The translations under genes and the position numbers were made by a program. Below the pieces are notes generated by a model. The model was not told the DNA's origin. It did not search any database and worked only from the letters and a program-made list of their open reading frames with translations. Below, one piece after another: positions 8,824 through 18,451 of a stretch of DNA of 41,834 nucleotides; position 1 is the stretch's first letter; every line of letters starts with the position of its first letter. Source of the DNA: Pseudomonadota bacterium (GTDB lineage Bacteria; Bdellovibrionota_C; UBA2361; OMII01); contig JAYPVM010000015.1 in the NCBI GenBank assembly GCA_038134595.1, positions 1 to 41,834 on the forward strand, written 5' to 3'.

Positions 8824-9837
8824 TCACGCCTTATTTGCCGGTATAAGCCCGATCTCGATTAGCCTTTGCCTTAGGAACTCACCAGCAGTTATGTCTGGTT
8901 CCGGATTCCCCTGTTCTCTGCACGATGCAAGGCAACTAAGCATTGCGTTAGCGTGAGGATGTACGAAATAAGGCATTGAATACCGCCTTGATGTGGATAG
9001 GTCAGGATTGACAACTCGGTGCGTTGTCGCAGGAAGTACACCACCAGTTAACCGAGCCATCATATCCCCAGAGTCAACAACAAGCTCTCCCGGCTCACTA
9101 TGAACATCGAGCCATTCACCGTCTCTATCGAGGAGTTGTAGGCCACTATCTGTGGCGCCGACAAGAAGAGTAATAAGATTGATATCCTCATGCGCGCCAG
9201 CTCGTATCGATTGCACCGTATCCAACCCGTCAGTTGGAGGGTAATGTATGGTTCGGAGGATGCTGTTGCCGTCGTGAATCATTTCGCGGAAGAAAGATTT
9301 ATCTAGCTCTAAACCCTCGCCGATCGCATCAAGAAGAACTTGGGCGGTGTTGTCCATTAGGTTATAGAGTGTTGAGAACGTTTCGGTGAAGCCAGGGATC
9401 TCCTTCTCGGGCCAGACGTTGTCAGGATACACTCCTTGATAGGGACTCTCTGCGGATAGCGTCCGTCCGACGTGCCAGAATTCTTTTAGGTCGGGATGCT
9501 TGCTGTCCTTTGCCTTCTCCTTTCCGAAGGGAGTGTATCCACGCTGACCACCTTCAATTCCTCCGTAAGCAAGTTTGGTTGCCTCTGGTAATTCGAAGAA
9601 TTGGTGAACGAGCTTGTATGCCTCGTCTACGTAGGTTTGATATACGGGATGGTCTGATAGGACGATAAATCCGTAGTCCTTTAGACCTGCGATGAGTGAG
9701 TTTACAAACGCTTGCTTCTCATCTGTTGTGCCGTCTGTGTAGCTCTGAAAGCTTAAATGCGGCACTTGGCGACTAGCCTTCGTGTCGGTCGCCGTTGATT
9801 GCGTCATCGTAGAGACGGAATTGCTCTTATTCATCAC
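8824..9837 (-). CDS. 2OG-Fe(II) oxygenase, isopenicillin N synthase family
   Basis: HxD (AHEDINLITLL), distal His (TTHRVVNP), RxS (RYSMPYF), DLKEFWHVG. Confidence 0.93.
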   Translation of the reverse strand: MMNKSNSVSTMTQSTATDTKASRQVPHLSFQSYTDGTTDEKQAFVNSLIAGLKDYGFIVLSDHPVYQTYVDEAYKLVHQFFELPEATKLAYGGIEGGQRGYTPFGKEKAKDSKHPDLKEFWHVGRTLSAESPYQGVYPDNVWPEKEIPGFTETFSTLYNLMDNTAQVLLDAIGEGLELDKSFFREMIHDGNSILRTIHYPPTDGLDTVQSIRAGAHEDINLITLLVGATDSGLQLLDRDGEWLDVHSEPGELVVDSGDMMARLTGGVLPATTHRVVNPDLSTSRRYSMPYFVHPHANAMLSCLASCREQGNPEPDITAGEFLRQRLIEIGLIPANKA

Positions 9838-10106
9838 ATTTCCCTTATAGTTGCTAAATACACATTACATGTTGAACAATCTGAATACCCTAGAGGATAC
9901 CAATAATGAGATGCTAAGTAAGGAGTCTTGTGAAAAACCTAAGAGTGCCCAGCATGACAGCTTTAAGCATGGGCAATATGAGCAATTCTCGCCGACTTGG
10001 TTCTTTCGTGCTCTAAGGTAATTTGGGACAATGTTGGCGCTTTTTTATTCCCCAACTTTGCGTTACAACGATCGATGGGCGTTAGTTTAGTACGGAGGTG
10101 CGTAGT

Positions 10107-11888
10107 ATGAGCAGTGTTGCGACGAGGTCTGTCGAACAACCAGCTTGGATTGTGGGGCACCCTCGCACAGAATCCTTCGGAGAGTTGTTCTTCTCCAATT
10201 CACATCGCACTTCTTTTTTGCAGACACCATTTTCCCGTTTTGTAGAGCAGAAGCTCGCAGATGGATATCGAGCGCACGATGTCTATGACATGCTTCTTCG
10301 CCGCATTGATGTTCGAACCGGCGTGAAGGCGAATCCGACTGATTTTCCTACGCAGGCGCTCTATTTAGGACATCAGCTCGATAAGCTTGAATTGTTGGGA
10401 AGGGGAGATTTGGGCAGGGCACAGCGACTTGACTTTGTAGACGCGTTGATGAGCTTGTGTAGGAGCTCGAAGCGAGTTACGCGCAGTATGCGCAATACAA
10501 TTCATAAGGCGTTGTTCTTTCTTGAGCCAGTACAGCGTCGAGAACTTGCGGGAAAACTGTTAGTAGACGCTCGTTCCCCACATCGTAGTACAACATCGGC
10601 GCGATTATTGGGAATAACTTTGCGAGCTAGTTCGCATCTTAGAGAGTTGAGCGGACATGTAAATGCACTCGGTCATGACTCGATACTTGCGGTAGGCCGC
10701 AAAGACCTAGATGACCTCGTGGCTCGAACGGTACTTGGTTCGATAATGAACGTAGAAGTGCCGCTACCACTTGAACCGAGCAAATACTGTAATCGCCTGA
10801 TATTGAGAAAACGTATTAGCCAATTGCGAGCGATCTTCGAAGACAGAGTTGACCTCATTAAGTCACAGCCTCGCTTGGCGAGAACAGCGGTAGGTAAGAG
10901 ATTTCTTAAAATCTGTAGCAATGACAGAACGTGCTTAACTGAAGAAGCGAAGCAACAACACACCACTGCAGAGATGCGAGGATTACTACGCACGTTTACT
11001 TTGCGGCATCGACTACAGATGCGATATGGAATTTTGCTTTCGAATGAGAGAGATTCGTCAGGAGCACTGAGAACAAGTTGGAATGAAGCCTGGCTAAAGG
11101 ATGTGCAGGCGGTACTGTCGCAGATTCCAGAGAACTATCTACTGCATACTCCTCGCTTAACGCACATAAAGTTATTCGCGCAGTCAATAGGAGCATATGG
11201 CCAGCGGGATGATACTGGAATTATCCGTTTATTTGAGGATATTCTAAGAGATAATAGGTACTCTAGGAATTATAAATTAACCCCCGCATTACGTCCAACA
11301 TTAGTGCATGAAGTTGGACACAGCATAAAGTTTGGTAAAAGCAACTGTGGACCAAAACACAAAACCGACATCTCGGAACTCATTCAACAGAGTAATCCAC
11401 TGTGTGCGTTTGGAAACTTCATGGAGCTTTCTGGATGGCGTGTGATACCCAGTGGGCAGTACACCGTTTCAAGTTCGAGTGATGAAGTTCATTTAGCAGA
11501 ATATTCAAATTCAGGTGAGTTTATCGGATGGCGTCCGGTGGCGCTCAATCAGTCTCAGTATATTAACGGAGAAAACCTTAGATTGACGTACGACCGGTCT
11601 GTTCGGACCCTGTACGCATTCGATGCAACAGCTGAATTTGCCGTTGAGGGTTCAGCGCAAGATACTCCATGGGAAGATTGGGCGGAGTCTTTCACAAGTT
11701 ATATTTTAGCTCCTAGGCTGTTGCTCCATTCAGCCCCGTATAAATTTTGGCATTTAGAGTTCCAATTTCGAAAGTATCATAGAGGCACGCAGAGAAATGC
11801 CTCTGTCTATGTTGATTTATACCGCTCTCTTGGAAGACGGAATGCAGTTGAACCTGCACTTACAGATACGACTTTCGACGCAGCCTAA
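10107..11888 (+). CDS. Hypothetical protein with a C-terminal zincin-like metallopeptidase domain
   Basis: GGAGGT RBS 7 nt before ATG 10107; LVHEVGH (11307-11321) and downstream PWEDWAESF (11667-11693). Confidence 0.75.
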   Translation: MSSVATRSVEQPAWIVGHPRTESFGELFFSNSHRTSFLQTPFSRFVEQKLADGYRAHDVYDMLLRRIDVRTGVKANPTDFPTQALYLGHQLDKLELLGRGDLGRAQRLDFVDALMSLCRSSKRVTRSMRNTIHKALFFLEPVQRRELAGKLLVDARSPHRSTTSARLLGITLRASSHLRELSGHVNALGHDSILAVGRKDLDDLVARTVLGSIMNVEVPLPLEPSKYCNRLILRKRISQLRAIFEDRVDLIKSQPRLARTAVGKRFLKICSNDRTCLTEEAKQQHTTAEMRGLLRTFTLRHRLQMRYGILLSNERDSSGALRTSWNEAWLKDVQAVLSQIPENYLLHTPRLTHIKLFAQSIGAYGQRDDTGIIRLFEDILRDNRYSRNYKLTPALRPTLVHEVGHSIKFGKSNCGPKHKTDISELIQQSNPLCAFGNFMELSGWRVIPSGQYTVSSSSDEVHLAEYSNSGEFIGWRPVALNQSQYINGENLRLTYDRSVRTLYAFDATAEFAVEGSAQDTPWEDWAESFTSYILAPRLLLHSAPYKFWHLEFQFRKYHRGTQRNASVYVDLYRSLGRRNAVEPALTDTTFDAA

Positions 11889-11906
11889 GTTGTATAAGGA
11901 GATGTG

Positions 11907-13004
11907 ATGCGGCCTAGCGTTAATAGACAGCCATTGACTCCACAGGAGCTATCGCAGCTCAAATCGCCAGATCGTGCGCTATCCCCTATCGATCTAAGTG
12001 ATCGCTCTGATCTAGAGGTCACTATGCAGATTGCAAACCTTCAAGTGATCGTGCGAGATGCTACCGTTGCTGTCTCGATACGTGACGCTAACAACGACGA
12101 AATGGGCACAGTAGTATTTTATCCAACAACGACAAAGAAGCGTCTAGAGATTCTAGGACATCTGTGTAACATCGAGCGGCATGTGTTGGCGACTGACCCA
12201 CTACAGGGACACACATTATTATCGAACGCGCTATTGCATGCACTAGCTAATCGCATCGAAGTCTCCTCTTCGATAAGCACTGTGCCGCAGGAGATCGCCC
12301 CAATTTTAGGCGATAGATTAATTAGGCAGCTTCCAATTGATATATTGCGTAGCGCCTTTCGAGTTCGTGAGGTCTTAAAGGGAGTAATACTAATTACAGC
12401 CCCATCCGAGCAGCTTTTAGGCTCCGCGTTCGTGCGTTTTCAGGAGTATTATGAGGGACCGAAGTTTAACGGCAAAGTTTTTACTCTGAGAGAACATGCA
12501 GCGTGGTATAAAACTACGACAGAACACGGAGGATTTAGCTATTATAACGATTGGACGGGTTTTAATGTGCCTGATGTAATTTTAGAGCGATTCTTCTCCG
12601 AAAAAGGTTTTGTTCTGCGGAAGCTAGAGTCTATCGTCCACGAGGTTCTAGCCGATGTTCCCAAGCCTTATTATGTGATAGCCGCTGCGCAGGGAGCAGA
12701 TTTTTGGGGGTATGCCCGTCATGAGCTTGCGCATGCTTTATATTATCTCGACGATCTATACCGAAAGGAGGTGGATGCAATCGTCGACGGTGAGAATATG
12801 GATAATCTACATCAGGCGTTGCTGAGAGCAGGATACGATGAGCCCCAGATAAAGGATGAGTTGCAAGCATATTTGTTAGATGGCCCCGAAGAAATTCGAA
12901 ATAACTATGGAGTCTCAGTCCGAGGATTTAAAAAGCTTCATGTTCAGATAAGGCAGCATTTTATGAAAGCATTGCAGCGGCGCTTGTCTATCAGTAATGC
13001 CTAG
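11907..13004 (+). CDS. Hypothetical protein with an HEXXH metallopeptidase-like domain
   Basis: AAGGAG RBS; RFQEYYE, WTGFNVP, RHELAHALYY (12720-12734), DELQAY. Confidence 0.75.
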   Translation: MRPSVNRQPLTPQELSQLKSPDRALSPIDLSDRSDLEVTMQIANLQVIVRDATVAVSIRDANNDEMGTVVFYPTTTKKRLEILGHLCNIERHVLATDPLQGHTLLSNALLHALANRIEVSSSISTVPQEIAPILGDRLIRQLPIDILRSAFRVREVLKGVILITAPSEQLLGSAFVRFQEYYEGPKFNGKVFTLREHAAWYKTTTEHGGFSYYNDWTGFNVPDVILERFFSEKGFVLRKLESIVHEVLADVPKPYYVIAAAQGADFWGYARHELAHALYYLDDLYRKEVDAIVDGENMDNLHQALLRAGYDEPQIKDELQAYLLDGPEEIRNNYGVSVRGFKKLHVQIRQHFMKALQRRLSISNA

Positions 13005-13506
13005 TGGTAATTCGATGTGTCATTGCGTCGTTCTCCAGTGGGACTTGAATCCCTTGATGCCATCGTTTGGTAACGAGTCTTTTTAGACCTAGCCACGTGG
13101 TGCGATAATAGACCTCGACTGCATCGACTCGATAAGTGTGGATGCCGTATCGTCTACAAATTGGCGCCTGATTCCTTAAAAACTGTCGCGCCAAGAAATG
13201 AAGCCTCTCTCTTTTTTTTAAATCGATTGCGTCTATCGCCGGATGGGATTTTTCTAGAGATATGTGACGAGTTTTAACCTCACAAATAATAAGACGCCGG
13301 CGCTTGCGTGCTACGATGTCTACTTCGCCCTTGGATTGACGCCAATTAACCTTAAGTATCATGCAGCGGTTCTGCTGTAGCATTTTTAGCGCTTGCTGCT
13401 CACCCCAACGTCCTACTCGAATGCTATGTGAGGGTGCTAGGCGTTTGATACCTGTGAGGAGGTGAAGTCGTAGTGCGACTGTGAGTGACGAGAGGGTGAT
13501 ACGCAT
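12991..13506 (-). CDS. yraN: YraN family (UPF0102) putative nuclease
   Basis: GRWGEQQA, NWRQSKGEVDIVA, ICEVKTR; directly follows rnhB. Start is uncertain because it overlaps the rnhB 3' end. Confidence 0.88.
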   Translation of the reverse strand: MRITLSSLTVALRLHLLTGIKRLAPSHSIRVGRWGEQQALKMLQQNRCMILKVNWRQSKGEVDIVARKRRRLIICEVKTRHISLEKSHPAIDAIDLKKRERLHFLARQFLRNQAPICRRYGIHTYRVDAVEVYYRTTWLGLKRLVTKRWHQGIQVPLENDAMTHRITTRHY

Positions 13507-14042
13507 ACGCCAGAAAACGTTTTTCTATGAATTCTACTTGGACCCAGAGTCAGTAGAGCTTCCTTATGTGCTTTAGTGGGATACCCTGCGTGTCGCTCGA
13601 GACCGTATCCCGGATACTTCTCAGAGAGAGTTGCCATCAGCCGGTCTCTCCATACCTTTGCCAGAATCGAAGCTGCTGATATCTCCACGTGGAGCCGATC
13701 TCCACCGATTACCGTTTTTTGAGGCAGCCGAGAAACAATCGGCTGGTTGCCATCAATGAGCACCATATCGGCGTCGACTCGTTCAACAGCTAGCTTCATT
13801 GCAAGCTTTGTTGCCTGAAGGATATTGAGCTGGTCGATCCTCCGAGGACCTACTGCTATAATTGAGAAGGCTAGTGCAGACTCCTGTATGTAATCGAATA
13901 ATTTTTCTCTTCGTTGCTTAGAAAGCTTCTTTGAGTCCTGAATTCGGGCATCGGCAAACCCCTGTTCAAAAACGACTGCTGCCGCCACTACCGGCCCTGC
14001 CAGCGGGCCCCGACCTGCCTCATCAACTCCACAAATTCGCAT
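13437..14042 (-). CDS. rnhB: Ribonuclease HII
   Basis: GVDEAGRGPLAGPVVAAAV, DSKKLS, LIDGN, SAASILAKVWRD, GYPTKAH. Confidence 0.97.
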   Translation of the reverse strand: MRICGVDEAGRGPLAGPVVAAAVVFEQGFADARIQDSKKLSKQRREKLFDYIQESALAFSIIAVGPRRIDQLNILQATKLAMKLAVERVDADMVLIDGNQPIVSRLPQKTVIGGDRLHVEISAASILAKVWRDRLMATLSEKYPGYGLERHAGYPTKAHKEALLTLGPSRIHRKTFSGVCVSPSRHSQSHYDFTSSQVSNA

Positions 14043-14066
14043 AATACATCCCCTATGTCTGTTTCC

Positions 14067-14095
14067 CTTATACTGTTTGGCTGTAGTCAGATCAA
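14067..14095 (-). promoter_or_regulatory. Putative sigma70 promoter for rnhB-yraN
   Basis: Minus strand TTGATC-N17-TATAAG, 25 bp upstream of the ATG. Confidence 0.45.
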
Positions 14096-14212
14096 ACGGT
14101 TCTTTTATGAATTCGTGGGTTGTGGGATACTAGATAGGACTAATCCAGCTGACCTGGGGTGCTTAATTTATGAATTGCCCTATCTAGGTCGGGCTCGTAT
14201 TTAAAGAGGATT

Positions 14213-15271
14213 ATGGCGAAGAAAGTTACGAAGTCTGGCAAAAGGCCGGTCAAGAAATCGATTACAAAGAAATCAGTCGTAAAGACGGTTCAGAAGAGAT
14301 CTAAGGCAACTAAGAAGGCCTCGATCAAGGAGGTTGCTGCCAAAAAAGCTGTGACGAAGAAGCCTTCAACGCGAAAATCGACTCAGAATAAGTCGACAGG
14401 CAAGAAATCGACTACTAAGAAGCCTATGACCAAAAAGCCCGTTGCGAATCGGGCGCAACCTAAGAGTGTTAAAGCGTCTCAGAAATCAGGGGGCACATCG
14501 CGTCGAAAATCGACTGCGCGGCCTGCGTCATCGACCGACACCAAGCGCAAAGCGAGTCGCAAGGGGCGAAGAGGAGAGTTGCGCCGTCATTTGGATGAGA
14601 GGCTTCGAATTCTTCATCAGAGAGCGATTGTTATTGAAGAGCAATTAAAAAAGCTCGATGAGAACCGTTTCTACAGAACGTGTATTTTCGGCAGTGCCCG
14701 AATTAAACAGGACACGCATCAGTACGCACAGGTCTTTGAGGTCGCCAGATATCTGGCATGGGAGGGCATTGACGTTCTCACAGGAGGCGGGCCAGGACTG
14801 ATGGAGGCTGCGAATCGTGGAGCTCTATTAGGGCGCGAAGAAAAGCAAACAGAAACTTTGTCGTTTGGGCTCTCGATTCAACTTGAATTTGAACCAGAGC
14901 CAAATAAGCATTTGGATATCAAGCGACATCACCATAAATTCTCATCTCGATTAGACGATTTTATGCGCCTATCTCATTCCGTAGTGTGCACTCCGGGGGG
15001 GATTGGAACGCTACTTGAGTTTTTCTTTGTTTGGCAGCTTATTCAAGTTAAGCACGCCACCCCTCGACCGATAGTTCTTCTTGAAAAAGCTTTTTGGAAT
15101 GAAATCCTTGACTGGATGAAGGATGAGGTGCTCGAGCGAGGTCTTGTGGGAGAGAAGGATTTTGGTTGTATTCATATAGTGGATACACCAGAGGAGGTGT
15201 TTGAGATCATATCAGCCCATCATCGGGAGTTTCGGGCGCGGGCCGCTGCAATTGTTGAGGAACCTGCGTAG
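14213..15271 (+). CDS. LOG family nucleotide phosphoribohydrolase with a Lys-rich histone-H1-like N-terminal extension
   Basis: IFGSAR, TGGGPGLMEAANRGA, PGGIGTLLE; first ~120 aa rich in K/R/S/T/A. Confidence 0.9.
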   Translation: MAKKVTKSGKRPVKKSITKKSVVKTVQKRSKATKKASIKEVAAKKAVTKKPSTRKSTQNKSTGKKSTTKKPMTKKPVANRAQPKSVKASQKSGGTSRRKSTARPASSTDTKRKASRKGRRGELRRHLDERLRILHQRAIVIEEQLKKLDENRFYRTCIFGSARIKQDTHQYAQVFEVARYLAWEGIDVLTGGGPGLMEAANRGALLGREEKQTETLSFGLSIQLEFEPEPNKHLDIKRHHHKFSSRLDDFMRLSHSVVCTPGGIGTLLEFFFVWQLIQVKHATPRPIVLLEKAFWNEILDWMKDEVLERGLVGEKDFGCIHIVDTPEEVFEIISAHHREFRARAAAIVEEPA

Positions 15272-15309
15272 TCCGTTATTTTTGCCTGTAGATACGTTAT
15301 GGGTGCCCG

Positions 15310-16734
15310 CTAGTAATCATCTTGATTCTGGTCGAGAGCGGCTTGCCGGCGCAAGGCGTTTTGTCGAATAGCCTCTAAGAAGCGATTTCGGATCTCTTCG
15401 CGCCGTTCTTCCATTTCATTGTCATCTTCATCTTTATAGTCTTTTCTATCGTACCGATCATCTCTATAGGAATTTGTCGAGGAGCGGCTAGAAGATGAAC
15501 TGTCTTTTGAGCTAGCATTTTCAAGGAGAGAAAAGAAGCTGCCTTGTTGGGATTTTTTGGTATTTGTGTGAGCGGGTTGCGTTTCGCTTTGTTGATCCTC
15601 GAAAGTAGGGATTACTCCGTTGGCGGTATCAAGAATCCCTTGCTTGATAGAGGCAGGATAGAGATCGAGTATGTACCGGGTGCTAACACTAGGTTTTGTC
15701 GGCTTCTGGTGTTTGTTTGCCGGAGCTACTATTTTAGCCGAGGTATTAGATACGCTCTGTTTGGATACGGCATTGCTCTTGTTCTGTTTGTCGGTGGTAG
15801 GCTTGCTTTGAGAAGCCCCTGGCGGGGTTGTAGCTACTGGGTTGTTGGAAGAAGGCGAAGGTTCCAGAATCGTAAATGCACCCCATGTGCCAGCTAAGAT
15901 TCCGATTGCAACCGATGACAGTTTTAAGATTGTAGAGAGGGTTTTTGGTGCTGAGGAGCTGTGATTATCTTGTGTGTACTCTTCATTCAGAGGACTTCCG
16001 GCGATAGCCCCGGCAGCTAACGTAGATGTCTTTTGGTTGTCGGATGATTTTTCACCTTGGCTGCCTCGCACTTTCGCGGTGATATCAGCCATCAGAGCCG
16101 TGCTCGCAAGATCGCTTGAACCAAAGCCTATTGTCCGTTGCGCTGTATGTCCAACTTGGACTCGATCGACAAGATCGTTGTCTATCCAACACTCTGGTCG
16201 GTACGACAAAGATGGTACGATGATAAGAGCGTTACTATTCTTAGCGAATGAGACAATGATTTCAGCAAGGGTTTCTCGCCAACTAGCACCTACAGATTCA
16301 AAGGGATTGTTAAGAATTAATGCTTTGTTTGATTCAGTTGTAGCTACGATGAGTCGGAGTCTTGTTTCTTGATCGGTGCTAAGCTGTGAGCATTGCTTCT
16401 CGTATATATCCGTAAGACCGACTGAGACTAGTAACGCTTGATGCGATTCCCTTGCAACCCCCTGTTTGGCGAGAAACTCTTTTACTGATAGTCCGGTGCA
16501 AGGTGAAGCCTCACCAAAGCCAAGTGTAAAATGGTGCTCGGGGTTTAGATCGTGCTCATCGCAAGTGACTACTACATTTTCACCGTCACTGGTACCGGAT
16601 AACGCACGTTGGTAGGGACGCAAGTCAGACGGAGAGCCTCCGCGGAGGACAGTAATTCTACCCGCCCTGCACGTTACAACGTTCAGCAGTTCGCCTGAGC
16701 TAGATAAAAGCTTTAATTGGATCTTTCTTGGCAT
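15310..16734 (-). CDS. Membrane protein with a degenerate ABC-ATPase-like N-terminal domain
   Basis: ABC motifs in order but substituted (ITVLRGGSPSDL, QLSTDQETRL, ALILNNPF); single TM; low-complexity C-terminal region. Confidence 0.7.
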   Translation of the reverse strand: MPRKIQLKLLSSSGELLNVVTCRAGRITVLRGGSPSDLRPYQRALSGTSDGENVVVTCDEHDLNPEHHFTLGFGEASPCTGLSVKEFLAKQGVARESHQALLVSVGLTDIYEKQCSQLSTDQETRLRLIVATTESNKALILNNPFESVGASWRETLAEIIVSFAKNSNALIIVPSLSYRPECWIDNDLVDRVQVGHTAQRTIGFGSSDLASTALMADITAKVRGSQGEKSSDNQKTSTLAAGAIAGSPLNEEYTQDNHSSSAPKTLSTILKLSSVAIGILAGTWGAFTILEPSPSSNNPVATTPPGASQSKPTTDKQNKSNAVSKQSVSNTSAKIVAPANKHQKPTKPSVSTRYILDLYPASIKQGILDTANGVIPTFEDQQSETQPAHTNTKKSQQGSFFSLLENASSKDSSSSSRSSTNSYRDDRYDRKDYKDEDDNEMEERREEIRNRFLEAIRQNALRRQAALDQNQDDY

Positions 16735-17088
16735 GCTTTCGTACCCCAGTACCTTCTCCTCTTAAGAGGGGTATCGGACTATTGTTGGTATTTCACGACA
16801 GGTTTTTGAAAATAAGTCTTGCTCCGATCGCTAAAATTGCAATTACGTGCGGTGGTAGTGAAGTATCACGAGCAGGACGAGCGAAAAACTACATATAATC
16901 AGATGGTTAGGTGATTGCCGCTCGATCGTACTCATGGTGGAGGAATCAGACGTATCGGTAGCAACTATCGTTTAATAATGCCTTCGACTTTGGCTTTGGG
17001 TTGTGTATAGTTTCAATGTTATTTGCCAGTTAGCGGAACGGGGAGTCGAATACGCATCTCTGTTAGAATTCTGGCGCAAAGGGCTACT

Positions 17089-18138
17089 ATGAAGGCAAAA
17101 ATTATCGATCGCGACACAGCGATCTCTACAAGAAAGGCGCTGAGGACAGCAGGCAAAAAGGTAGGTTTTACCTCGGGTGTCTTTGACATCATTCATGCAG
17201 GGCACGTTGAGTACCTTGAGTACGCTAAGTCGCTTGTTGATGTCTTGATTGTTGGAATTAATGCCGACAGCTCAGTCAAGCAGAATAAGGGAGATAGTCG
17301 GCCGATTAATTCCGAGAGACTGAGAGCTGAAGTCATCGCAGGACTTGAGGCTGTTGATTATGTTTTTATCTTTACCGAGCTTAACAACAACTATAATACA
17401 GAGCTTCTTACCCCAGATGTTTATGTTAAAGCTGGCGACTACTCTCCTGAGAGACTTTCTTCCAAAGATATAGTCGAACGACACGGTGGAAGAGTAGAGC
17501 TTGTTCCCTTTAAGCACGGTTTGTCGACAACGTCTGTAATTGAAAAAATTCAGTTGGTTGCTCTCAGTGAGGGGGGAGAAAAGATCTCGTATGCCAGTAG
17601 GCCTGCGGTGTTTATTGATCGTGATGGCACGATTAATGAGCACGTTGAGTATCTGAGCGAGCCATCAAAATTCAAAGAAATTCCGGGTGCGTACGAGGGA
17701 ATAAAGCGCCTACAGGACTTAGGGTTTCGTATTGTGGTTGTAACCAACCAGGCCGGGATCGGTTTGGGATACTTTAGTCGCGAGGATCTCTATGCGGTAA
17801 ATCGCGAGATGATGAAGCAAGCCTCTCAGCAGGGATGTTCGTTTGATAAGATCTATTTCTGCCCTCATTCAAAGGCAGATAACTGTGAGTGTAGAAAGCC
17901 TGGAACCTACTTCATTGAGCGAGCTGAGCGAGATCTATCAATTGATGTGCGTAAGAGTTTTGTGATCGGTGATATGACATCTGATATTAAGTTTGGCCTC
18001 GATGCTGGCGCGCAAACCGTTTTGGTAAAGACCGGCCGTGGTGGTGAGGACGGAATGTTTTCGGTGACACCACACCATACAGCAGATAGCCTTTTGGAGG
18101 CTGCTGAGGTCATCGCAAGCTTAACCACAAGAGCGTGA
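17089..18138 (+). CDS. Fusion of an ADP-heptose adenylyltransferase (HldC/RfaE domain II) and a GmhB-type HAD phosphatase
   Basis: GFTSGVFDIIHAGH, VGINADSSV, KAGDY, STTSVI; then FIDRDGTIN, VVTNQAGIG, CPH...CECRKPG, IGD..SD. Confidence 0.92.
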   Translation: MKAKIIDRDTAISTRKALRTAGKKVGFTSGVFDIIHAGHVEYLEYAKSLVDVLIVGINADSSVKQNKGDSRPINSERLRAEVIAGLEAVDYVFIFTELNNNYNTELLTPDVYVKAGDYSPERLSSKDIVERHGGRVELVPFKHGLSTTSVIEKIQLVALSEGGEKISYASRPAVFIDRDGTINEHVEYLSEPSKFKEIPGAYEGIKRLQDLGFRIVVVTNQAGIGLGYFSREDLYAVNREMMKQASQQGCSFDKIYFCPHSKADNCECRKPGTYFIERAERDLSIDVRKSFVIGDMTSDIKFGLDAGAQTVLVKTGRGGEDGMFSVTPHHTADSLLEAAEVIASLTTRA

Positions 18139-18451
18139 TTTTTATTATCTCAACTTGCGTCCGAAGCACGTTTCTTGACGGGGCTAGCTTTCCTGGCTTA
18201 GCGCATAGGCGTTTGCGGCTCTACGAAACCCTCGTAAGTGCTTCTTGTATTCGGTCCTCGGAGGGTGTGTGCTTGCTCCGCAGATTCAGCCACTTAAGCA
18301 CTAAAAGGGTATGCTAGTTTGATCTGCGTATCAAAACAGGCACTGATTTTTTGAAAAAAACCTCATATTTTTAGCACATTATCGGATGCAAAACGACACA
18401 TTCGGCCGATAGATCTTCATACCATGAGTATAGGTAGGGAGATGTTATCCG

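Noticed and set aside
18318..18335. TTTGAT-N6-ATCAAA palindrome upstream of the giant gene, considered as an FNR box
   Set aside because: FNR needs TTGAT-N4-ATCAA and the spacer here is 6. It could bind another factor, but nothing supports that.
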